Source of the DNA: Octopus vulgaris
Lineage: Eukaryota
DNA: 64,000 nt
Direction: 5' to 3'
Assembly: GCA_951406725.2 (NCBI GenBank)
Contig: OX597830.1
Coordinates: forward strand, 22,754,001 to 22,818,000
The notes under the pieces were generated by a model, which saw only the letters and a list, made by a program, of their open reading frames with translations, made no database searches and was not told where the DNA came from. Position 1 is the stretch's first letter; every line of letters begins with the position of its first letter. This document shows, piece by piece, positions 52,944-64,000 of this stretch. The position numbers and the translations under genes are program-made.

Positions 52944-53263
52944 CACTCCGTCGGTTACGACGACGAGGGCGCCAGCTGATACGATCAACGGAACAGCCTG
53001 CTCGTGAAATTAACGTACAAGTGACTAAGCAATCCACAGACACGTGTACCCCAAACATAGTTCTGAGGGAGATTCAGCATGACACAGAGTGTGACAAGGT
53101 CGGCCCTTTGAAATACAGGTACAACTCATTTTTGCCAGCTGAGTGGACTGGAGCAACGCGAAATAAAGTGTCTTGCTCAAGGACACAACGCGTCGCCGGG
53201 GATCGAACTCATGACCTTACAATCGTTAGCCGAATGCCCTAACCACTAAGCCACGCGCCTTCA
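52944..53263 (-). mobile_element. tRNA-headed SINE family D with TSD
   Basis: Minus head tgaaggcgcgtggcttagtggttagggc...gagttcgatccc; core gttgtgtccttgagcaagacacttt; TSD ttgcatacata at 52922-32 and 53266-76. Confidence 0.9.
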
Positions 53264-53855
53264 CCTTGCATACATACATATGTAACACACACACACACAC
53301 ACACACAACATATATTTCGTCTTATGACTCTATAAAATTTCGTGCTGTTCCATATAGCTCAGATACTCTGAGTATGACGTATGATGGTAGTCTCTCGCTG
53401 TCCGAGACTGTACTGCAATCTTTTGCTGAATAAGCTACACAAATGATTTGTTAAAATGATTAAATGTGTGCGCTATACATCAGTTCACTCCCTCCATCAA
53501 ATCGACGTTACCTTTACAGGTGCACGGCGTACCAAACGTCAGGTGGTGAAGTGATTGCGGGGCAGCAGCGTGAGATGAAGTGTTTCGGCAAAAGAACATA
53601 ACGGACCACCAAGTCCAAGTATTGAAATCACGATCTCGCGATCCTCAGTGCAACAACCTAACCACTAAGCTATGCGCCCTCGATGCTATGAATATTTCTT
53701 ACGCAACCGAGATGGCTATGCCACAAGTCATGGTTCGCCTGAAACAGCTGTCAAAACACGACTCTTACATCATTTGTTTTGATTATTTGTTTTTCATGTA
53801 ATATTATCATTAAGCGTACTTGTGTCAATCTACCTTTTACTCATATATATATACG

Positions 53856-53888
<33 letters not shown>

Positions 53889-54019
53889 GTATTTATGTAT
53901 ATATATATATATGTACATATGTATACACATTTATATATCTATATATGTATGTATACATATATGTATATATATATATATAGATATATAAATGTGTATACAT
54001 ATGTACATATGTATACATA

Positions 54020-54059
<40 letters not shown>

Positions 54060-54119
54060 CACACACATACATATGTATGTATGTATACATATATATGCAT
54101 ATATATATATATACATTCA

Positions 54120-54150
<31 letters not shown>

Positions 54151-54210
54151 GCATACAAATATATACAAACATAGATACATATATACATATATACATGCAT
54201 AGATAGATAC

Positions 54211-54265
<55 letters not shown>

Positions 54266-54927
54266 GGCAGGTATATATGGACACACATTCTTACACGCAC
54301 ACGCGCACACACACATACGCAAACATTCACATGTACATACACTCACACGCACACACACACAGACACTCACACACATACACGTGCGCGCGCACACACACAG
54401 AGGCACGTGCTATCTTTCAAATTCTTTTCTGAAGATATTACTGAATCCGAGGCTCTGGTAGCAGACAATTGTCCAATATACATGGGAATTGAACCTAGTC
54501 CACGTGGCCGCGAACCGAGTCTCTTAACTAAATGACTACGTCTGTGCCTTTGGTAACACAGTAGTCGTATATCAAATCCCCAGAATGGTAAGAGTTTATC
54601 ATTGAAGCCACATCATCAACAAAATACAACATGAAATTCAATACCGAGATAGTGAAGTCAAGTAACAACGTAGAAGCAGAGAGCAAAGCCAGAGTGTTCC
54701 ATCTTTGCTCAGAGGATCACAACATCAACGGTCAAAAGATTTAAAGTCACGTGATAACAAATGAAGAACAAAGCCAGCTGTGTTCCCTTGATTTTAGACT
54801 GACATAAAAACATCAACAACTAGTCGCCATTCCGAACCCTAAAATCATTTCACCCAAGAAATAACAACAGAACAATCTTTAATTACAAGGATGTATAAAA
54901 CTGTTTAACTACTTGAGTCATCTCTCT

Positions 54928-55133
54928 CTCTTTTACTCTTTTATTTGTTTCAGTCATGTGACTGTGGCCATGCTGAAGCACCGCCTGTAGTCGAGCAAAT
55001 CGATCTCAGGACTTATTCTTTGTAAGCCTAGTACTTATTCTATCGGTCTATTTTGCCGAACCGCTAAGTTATGTGGACGTAAACACACCAGCATCGGTAG
55101 TCAAGCGATGTTGGGGGGACAAACACACACACA

Positions 55134-55205
<72 letters not shown>

Positions 55206-55381
55206 CATACATGTATAGGACGGGATTCTTTCAGTTTCCGTCTACCAAATCTACTCACAAGGCTTTGGTCGACCCGAGGCTATAGTAGAAGACACTTGCC
55301 CAAGGTGCCATGCAGTGGGACTGAACCCGGAACCATGCGGTTGTTAAGCAAGCTACTTACTATACAGCCACTCATACGTCT
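54928..55381 (-). mobile_element. SINE family A, full length
   Basis: Reverse complement of the consensus. Confidence 0.9.
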
Positions 55382-55965
55382 ACGTATGTATGTATGTATG
55401 TATGTATGTATGTATGTATGTATGTATATATGTATGTATGTATGAATGTGTGTATGTATGTATGAATGTGTGTATGTATGTATGTATGTATGAATGTATG
55501 TATGTATGTATGTATGTATGAATTTGTATATGTATGTATGTATGCATGAATGTATGTATGTATGAATGTGTGTATGTATGTATGTATTTTTGTATGTATG
55601 TATGTATGTATAAATGTATGTATGTATGAATGTATGTATGTATGAATGTATGTATGTATGAACGTGTGTATGTATGCATGAATGTATGTATATATGAATG
55701 TATGTATGAATGTGTGTATGTATGTATGTATGTATGTATGTATGTATGTATGTATGTATGTATGAATGTATGTATGTATGAATGTGTGTATGTATGAATG
55801 TTTGTATGTATGTATGTATGAATGTATGTATGTATGTATGTATGTATGTATGTATGTATGAATGTGTGTATGTATGTATGTACGTATGTATGTATGCATG
55901 AATGTATGTATGTATGTATGTATGTATGTATGTATGTATGTATGTATGTATGTATGTATGTATGT
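55382..55965. repeat. (TATG)n/(TGAA) mixed tetranucleotide array
   Basis: Directly visible. Confidence 0.95.
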
Positions 55966-55967
55966 AC

Positions 55968-56232
55968 CACTTGAAAGTTATCTCTACAGATTTTCTGCAG
56001 AATTTACAGTCAGCACTGATAGCTAAGACGTTTCGTATACGAAAACGCCTTTGTAAACAATGCAATCGAAGATTAAAAAAAATATAATAAAATAAAGGCA
56101 ATGGGTGTATATGCATATATATAAAAGAGGTATTGCTCGTTCTTCCACAGCACATTTAACTCATTAACCGTCAACGAGCATATTGCTTAAATAGCCACTA
56201 CGGAAAAGTTTTGTAGAGATAACTTAAAAGTG
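55968..56232. mobile_element. MITE-like element with imperfect ~33-bp terminal inverted repeats
   Basis: cacttgaaagttatctctacagattttctgcag versus the reverse complement of ctacggaaaagttttgtagagataacttaaaagtg. Confidence 0.65.
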
Positions 56233-56341
56233 ATTAAATCGCACAGCTAACACAAAATATAGGACACGATACTGACTTGAAATCTTTTAACATACTTGGT
56301 TAGTATATTATGATTGCAGAACGAAATATCATGTCCTTACA

Positions 56342-56373
<32 letters not shown>

Positions 56374-56374
56374 G

Positions 56375-56427
<53 letters not shown>

Positions 56428-56431
<4 letters not shown>

Positions 56432-56524
56432 TCAGCCTTGTCACACTGTGTGTCACGCTGAATTTCCCTGGGAACTACGTTAAGGGTACACGTGTCTGTG
56501 GAGTGCTCAGCCACTTGCACGTCG

Positions 56525-56530
<6 letters not shown>
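56428..56530 (+). repeat. Inverted 103-nt copy of part of the adjacent SINE D, embedded in (TA)n
   Basis: Reverse complement of 56657-56759 with one mismatch. Confidence 0.9.
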
Positions 56531-56588
<58 letters not shown>

Positions 56589-56592
56589 ATAG

Positions 56593-56905
56593 GAGCACTC
56601 CGTCGGTTACGACGACGAGGGTCCCAGATGATACGATCAACAGAACAGCTTGCTCGTGAAATCGACGTGCAAGTGGCTGAGCACTCCACAGACACGTGTA
56701 CCCTTAACGTAGTTCCCAGGGAGATTCAGCGTGACACACAGTGTGACAAGGCTGACCATTTGAACTACAGGTACTACTCATTTTTGCCAGCTGAGTGGAC
56801 TGGAGCAACATGAGATAATTTGTCTTGCTCAAGGACACAACGCGGGAATTGATCTCACGACGATCATTGAGCAAAATGCCCTAACCACTAAGCCACGCGC
56901 CTTCA
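56593..56905 (-). mobile_element. SINE family D
   Basis: Colinear with 52944-53263. Confidence 0.9.
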
Positions 56906-56910
56906 CTATA

Positions 56911-56951
<41 letters not shown>

Positions 56952-56958
56952 TATAATT

Positions 56959-57103
<145 letters not shown>

Positions 57104-57777
57104 TGTTTATTTCTGTATTTATTTTAGTGGGATATTAACATAAGTAACTATACAAATAATAATTTTTCAAAAATAATAAATAAAACAATTATAAAGAATA
57201 AAAAGAAATATATATAAAATATATATATAAATAAATAAAAATAAAATAATAATAATATATTATTATATTAAATATATTTATTTATTTAAAATTATTATAT
57301 AAATATATAACATAATATATAAATTAGAACAGAATATATTTTTCTTTATAAGAAAAAAAAAAATTAAATATTTAATTTTATTTACATACACAAAATACAC
57401 ACACACAGACAAAAATTTAATTTAATATATAATATTCACATTTATATTATATATTTATATATATTTTATATATATATATCTATTTTCTATCTTCTTTTTT
57501 TTTTTTTTTTTTTTTCTATTTTATATCTTCTTTCTCTATCTCTCTCTCTCTCTCTTTATATATATATATAAAAATCTATATTTTATATATATATATATAT
57601 ATAAAAGAAAAATGTGCTTTTACCTATAAATTTCTTTATATAATATTTTTTTTATTATATATATAATTTTTGTTGGTTTTGTTTTGTTGGTTTAAAAATA
57701 TATATATATATATATATATGGACATTATTATTAATTTAATCTATAAATTGCCTATAAACTTTTATATATGAATATTG

Positions 57778-57820
<43 letters not shown>

Positions 57821-57831
57821 ATATATATATT

Positions 57832-57927
<96 letters not shown>

Positions 57928-57959
57928 TATATATATATAATATATATATATATATTATT

Positions 57960-58340
<381 letters not shown>

Positions 58341-58354
58341 TATATATATATATA

Positions 58355-58766
58355 GGCGCAGGAGTGGCTGTGTGGTAAGTAGCTTGCTAACCAACCACAT
58401 GGTTCTGGGTTCAATCCCACTGCGTGGCATCTTGGGCAAGTGTCTTCTGCTATAGCCCCGGGCCGACCAATGCCTTGTGAGTGGATTTGGTAGACTGAAA
58501 CTGAAAGATGCCTGTCGTATATATGTATATATATATATATGTGTGTGTGTGTTTGTGTGTCTGTGTTTGTCCCCCTAGCATTGCTTGACAACCGATGCTG
58601 GTGTGTGTTTACGTCCCCGTTACTTAGCGGTTAGGCAAAAAGAGACCGATAGAATAAGTACTGGGCTTACAAAGAATAAGTCCCGGGGTCGATTTGCTCG
58701 ACTAAAGGCGGTGCTCCAGCATGGCCGCAGTCAAATGACTGAAACAAGTAAAAGAGTAAAAAGAGA
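58355..58766 (+). mobile_element. SINE family A, full length
   Basis: ggcgcaggagtggctgtgtgg head to gtaaaagagtaaaaagag tail. Confidence 0.9.
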
Positions 58767-59713
58767 ATATATATATGTATAATGTATGTAAACAAACAAG
58801 GTTTGCTTTATTAGAAGCGTTGAGATGTATTGAAATATACAGATATGGAAGTATTTTACTCTCAAACGCATAATGATAACGCTGAATAGCATAAATAGGA
58901 TAGAACATCCTTGCATTGCACTTTTCTTTAGGCCGCAAAGAACCCTTTGGGATCACGTGACTGTGATTACCAGTAAGAAAGGAAACCCGAAAGCTAGTGA
59001 CACCTACATCTGCTCATTTACATACACACAAATGCACACACACACACACATACACATTATTCTTTAACTAGTATAGCATAGGCAGTTATTTCACATTTCA
59101 GCGAGTTAAGCATTTATTGGACTCTCAGATGACGGCTTAACTATCTCTTCTCTGTCTATCTATCTCCCTCTCTTGTTCTTCTTTTTTCTGTTTTTCTCTC
59201 CCACCCTTTCCCTATTCTTCTCTTCTCCCATTCACCGTTCCCCCCTCTCTCTCTCTCACTCGTCCTCCTTGACTATCTCGTTGCTGACACGTGACGAAAG
59301 GTCATCTATATTTCTTTCTTCCACTTCCTTCCTAAAGACAAGATGTGCTTTTACCTGTCTCTTCTCAAAGCTCGTCTTTCTAGCGTTCATAATCTTCACA
59401 ACGTCTTGGCTTAACAGTCCTCACCGTTTGTTTTGACTGTTTTGTTCTCACTGTCCTGTTTTAAAAATCCCAAATTTCATTTGCTTTGCGGGAAGGACTG
59501 TTTTAACGAAGTCGTGCATTGTCCTTACCTTCGCAACGCGGTATAGATGCAACTGAGGACAACTGATGAAGGGAATGTTCTTTAAGTTGCATGTCTCGCT
59601 TCTCTGTTTGTTTATTTTCGTTGTTCGCAAAAAAGGTCCTTTTCTATGTTTTTGTTTTTACGTTTTCGTTTCACATTGCGTCTACGTTTTTTTGATGTCC
59701 TGTACCCATATAT

Positions 59714-59826
<113 letters not shown>

Positions 59827-59828
59827 CA

Positions 59829-59908
<80 letters not shown>

Positions 59909-59942
59909 CATACATATATATAAGTATGTACATATATGTATA

Positions 59943-60323
59943 GTGGCTTTGTGGTAAGTAGCTTACTTACGAACCACATGGTTCTGGGTTCAGTCCTACT
60001 GCGTGGCATCTTGGGCAAATGTCTTGTACTATAGCGTCGGGCTGACCAAAGCCTTGTGAGTGGATTTGGTGGACGGAAACTGAAAGAAGCCCGTCGTATA
60101 TATGTATATATAGATATATGTGTGTGTGTGTTTGTGTGTCTGTGTCTGTACCACCACCATCGCTTAAGCGATGGTGGTGTGTTTATGTCCCCGTAACTTA
60201 GCGGTTCGACAAAAGAGGCCGACAGAATAAGTACTAGGCTTACAAATAATAAGTCCTGGGGTCGATTTGCTCGACTAAAGGTGGTGCTCCAGCATGGCCA
60301 CAGTCAAATGACTGAAACAAGTA
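59943..60323 (+). mobile_element. SINE family A
   Basis: Head slightly truncated; body and tail match. Confidence 0.88.
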
Positions 60324-61231
60324 ATATATATATATATATATACATTCATGTATTTATACATGCAAACATATGCATACGCAATCCCACGCGCATGCACAAT
60401 CACACGTACATGCACACACAAACACACACATACATGTATACATACGCACATGTACACATCTTCACCAAGCGATTTCTTGTTTCCGAGTCATTTTCATTTC
60501 CTTCTCTTCCCGTCTCATTTTTGATGTCATTAATTCTGATGACTAACAGGTCCGATCCTTCTATGAAACGTAACGACAACACATGTTGCATTTGATATAC
60601 AAAGCTGGAAGTGGATGCAGTAGGCGGACTCCTTTGCTTTTTTCTTTTTTCTTTTTTTTTGACTTCCCCTTTGTCGTTTCTGTTTTTTTTTTTCTTCTTC
60701 AAACAATTCTGTGCCATTTGAGATGATTTGATTACAAAGTTTTCGACTCTATGCTTCTTTTATCTCTTGAAGTTTGCTTCTTTCTGTCATTGGACAACGA
60801 CCATACTGGAGCACTGCTTTGAAGAGTTCAGTCGAACAAATAGTCAGGCGACAAATATTAAGGAACATAACCAACCAACACCCGGTGTTTTAATCTCATA
60901 CATACATACATGCATACATACATACATAATACATAATACATACATACACACACAGATACCTACATACGTACATACACATATACACACATACATACATAAC
61001 ATACGTATATACAAACATACACACACATACACAGATACACACACATATGCATGCACATACACACATAAATGCATATATACACACATACACACATACATAC
61101 ACACATATGTGCATGCATACATACATTCGTACATACATTCATACATATACACATACATATATATATATATATATACACACATACATTTTGATTTTTGTTT
61201 GTGGATTTTTATTTTTGTTTTGGCTATCAAC

Positions 61232-62528
61232 ATGGCAACTGTGAAATCCACTTTGGAGTGGCAAATTCTGGCTCCCAGAGAATGGTTGAAAAATTATACG
61301 GAGAGAACGGTGGTGTTAAGGACCTATTCCAGGGTCCTTGACACCATCAAGGTCTTCTCTAAGGAAGAAATTGAGTAGGAGTTGGCAGACTATCTGCCAA
61401 CTGTTAGGTTTATCCGCAGGAGTGCGGAGTATGGAACTGTGTGTGCACTTTTTGACACCCCTGCGGAAGCTCGTGATTTTGTGAGTATGCCTTTGGAGGG
61501 TGAGAACATTTTGTTTCTCCCTAATTATGGCGGCAGAAAGTTGACAAGAGCCTGGGTGTGTAGGCTACCACCCGGTATAGAGGCTGAGTGGATAGAAGAC
61601 ACTATCCGTCAGGGCCTGGGTGGCGGCCCTGTCAGGCTCTTAAATGTAAAAATGTTGCCTGTGGTTGATTGGGTCAGGTCAGAGCAATTTTGACCCTATG
61701 GACTCAATCAGCCGATGATCTGGTTCTACCAGAATTTTTAACATTGGCCGGTTCCAGGTACCCGGTGATAGTTGAGGGACGCCCCCCCCCCAAGTGTCAC
61801 CTGTGCCTGGAATCGGGCCACTGTCACCGGGATCAGGCAAAGGTCCTGGAACAGTTAATTGATAAAGAACTCCCTGTTCCCCCAACGGAGCACCCTGCTC
61901 CTTCATTGGAGGGAGAGAGGGAGAAAGTCGAGGAGGAGGTAGCCCCTCGAAAAAAGGAATAAAACGAAAGAAGGTGGGCAACAATGGTTGGCCACCGATG
62001 GATCCCGACATGGCGGGAAGGAAGGAGGGATCTACGGACAAGCCGGAGGGATCTACGGACAAGCCGGAGGAATCTCACCCTCCCGCCGTGAAAAAGGGGA
62101 AAAAAGGAAAAAAAGAAAACTGGGCATCGTCGGCGGTGGCATATCCAGGAACCCCTTTGGTGGGATGTGTGCCACCGGAGGGAGAGAAGATGGAAACCTC
62201 GTCGGTGCGATGTGTGCCACCGAGCGAGGGAGTTGAGGCCCCTCCCGATGTAAGTGTGAAAAAATATGTTATCTTCTATCGTAGGGGAGGGGCCATTGAT
62301 AATTATGTGGAAAATGTCCTTGATAGTCGGGGACTAATGGAACCGACTTTTATTGGCAGACCACAGTGGCCTCCGAAGGTGGATGCTCTGGTACTGGAAA
62401 GAAAGGACTTTTTTCACACATTGGGTTCCTTCCCAAGGGAGGATTATAGATTACTTTTTTGGGACCCCAACTTGTGGATCCAGGGATGCCTGCAGGCCGC
62501 AAGAGAATTAATCGGGGACGTGAGTTAA
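61232..62528 (+). pseudogene. Decayed gag/ORF1-like protein of a non-LTR (L1/Tx1-like) element
   Basis: Joined ORFs MATVKSTLEW...*ELADYLPT...(frameshift)...VIVEGRPPPKCHLCLESGH: GRPP + CX2CX4H zinc-knuckle remnant, then a Pro/Glu/Lys-rich tail; GC-rich versus its surroundings; no ORF2 follows. Confidence 0.65.
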
Positions 62529-62634
62529 GAGGTTTTCTTTTTTTCTCCTCTTTCTCCTTCTGCGCTCTGCAACTTTCCATTCTTCCTCTTTTCTCTCGTT
62601 TCCTCCGTCTATTTTTTCTTCTTCTCTTTTCTCT

Positions 62635-63047
62635 TCTGTGTATTGCCTCTATGGCAAAATCATTGAAATAAAGTAGCTTGGCAGTGAGTCAAACGTTTTG
62701 TTGAACGTTGGATCATTTTTCTGTTGGAATTGTTGAGTGATGGAGAAAAAGGAAAAGGATTGGACTAAAAGATTGGACTCAGTGTGGGGTGAGTAACACA
62801 CTCTTCATAATATTATTTTCAGATATCATTCATATTATCATATTTTAATTTGTTCTTCATGTTCATTTTCATGTTCATTCATTATATCATATTTTATTTT
62901 TATATTTTTAATTGTTATATGTCCCCACATATGTTGTAGTGTCCCTCTGTGTATTGCCTTTATGGCAAAATCATTGAAATAAAGTAGCTTGGGGGTGAGT
63001 CAAACGTTTTGTTGAACGTTGGATCATTTTTCTGTTGGAATTGTTGA
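62635..63047 (+). repeat. 102-nt direct repeat (62635-62736 and 62946-63047) containing AATAAA
   Basis: tctgtgtattgcctYtatggcaaaatcattgaaataaagtagcttgg..gtgagtcaaacg...ttgttga, 3 mismatches. Confidence 0.9.
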
Positions 63048-63199
63048 CTGTATATTGTTGAACATTTTCGAACTGTTGAACATTGTTGAACTTTTAAACT
63101 TTGAAAATTTTTGTGCTTTTTCCCGGTGACGGGAGAAAGTAATTGTTTGTGTAAAGTCATTTTTGCAGTTGCGAATTGTTGAAATATTGAACTTGTTAA

Positions 63200-63605
63200 A
63201 GCCGTTGTAGGCTTTATTGTCGTGCCCCACACCTCAGCGGGGGTGGGATTTGAACTTTTATCCTCATTAAGAGGGGGAAAAAATTATAGGTTTCCCGTTT
63301 TTTGGGATAATCAATTTATTATTGTATGAAAAATTTAATTTTAGCCGTTGTAGGCTCTATTGTGGCACTCCGTCCCTAGCTGTGGTGAGATATGAACTGT
63401 TGTCCTTCTTGTGAGAAAAAAACAACATATTATAGGTTTCCCGTTTTTTGGGATACCGTATTTTTATTATTGTCTGAAAAATTTAATTTCGACCGTTGTA
63501 GGTTTTGTTGTTACGTCTCGCCCTCCAGTAGGGGTGGGATTTGAACTGTTGTCCTCGTTGAGAGGGGGAAAAAAGTAAAAAATTATAGGTTTCCCGTTTT
63601 CTGGA
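63200..63605 (+). repeat. Three diverged ~145-bp tandem units
   Basis: Units start ccgttgtagg at ~63202, 63345 and 63493; each contains tgaact and ttataggtttcccgtttt. Confidence 0.85.
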
Positions 63606-64000
63606 ATTGTGTATAAACTTATTTCGAACGAATATGTCGGTCGAAATAATTTCAGAGAAAAATTCACTGGAAGAGCCAGTTAAGAAATTTTCTGCAGATA
63701 CCGCAGTGGCTTTTGAAAACGTCGAGCTACCAAAGGAAAAGCTCTCTATATAAATAAATAAATAAATAAATAAATATATATAGGTGCGGACGGCAATTTT
63801 CTTTGCTCCCTTCACCGTTCACAGATATAGCGTTCGTAATACTTTTTTTCGTTCGGCTTAACAAACCTTCTTATCTTGTTTTTCCTTGTCCTGTCTTTTA
63901 CTGCTTATATTTTGTACTGTCTTTACTGTCCTGTTTTTGCTACAATTTTTACCCCTCTGCAAAAAGATCTCAAATATTATTTGATTTGCTTTTCGCAGGA

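Noticed and set aside
63200-63605. Repeat units as a CRISPR-like array
   Set aside because: Units are homologous along their whole length (diverged tandem repeat), the context is eukaryotic, and there are no cas genes

Overview
Eukaryotic, AT-rich, microsatellite-saturated non-coding DNA (intron or intergenic). The repeat repertoire resembles what I recall from Octopus (coleoid cephalopod) genomes; this is an inference, not a database result. No host protein-coding gene is supported: almost every ORF in the track is a translation of (TA)n/(CA)n/(TATG)n/(GA)n or trinucleotide repeats, or of SINEs. The window holds dozens of tRNA-headed SINE copies in at least six families (my own labels A-F), two decayed Tc1/mariner transposases, 3' fragments of R4/Dong-type (RLE) and CR1/L2/Jockey-group LINEs, a decayed gag-like (ORF1-only) element at 61.2-62.5 kb, and several MITE-like or fold-back inverted repeats. 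The strongest signal is a set of minimal hammerhead ribozyme (HHR) motifs in at least three unrelated repeat families, apparently Penelope-like. These are a canonical one at 23199-23239(-), one inside a tRNA-headed (Pol III) element at 22775-22820(+), and a conserved CCGACGA core variant in two copies. All have palindromic stem III (dimer-type). They cluster with near-perfect fold-back duplications bounded by (TA)n. Also noted: a textbook CTCF motif, a single-TSD SINE trimer, and a G/C-stripped ghost copy of downstream sequence at 57.1-57.7 kb that is probably an assembly artefact.
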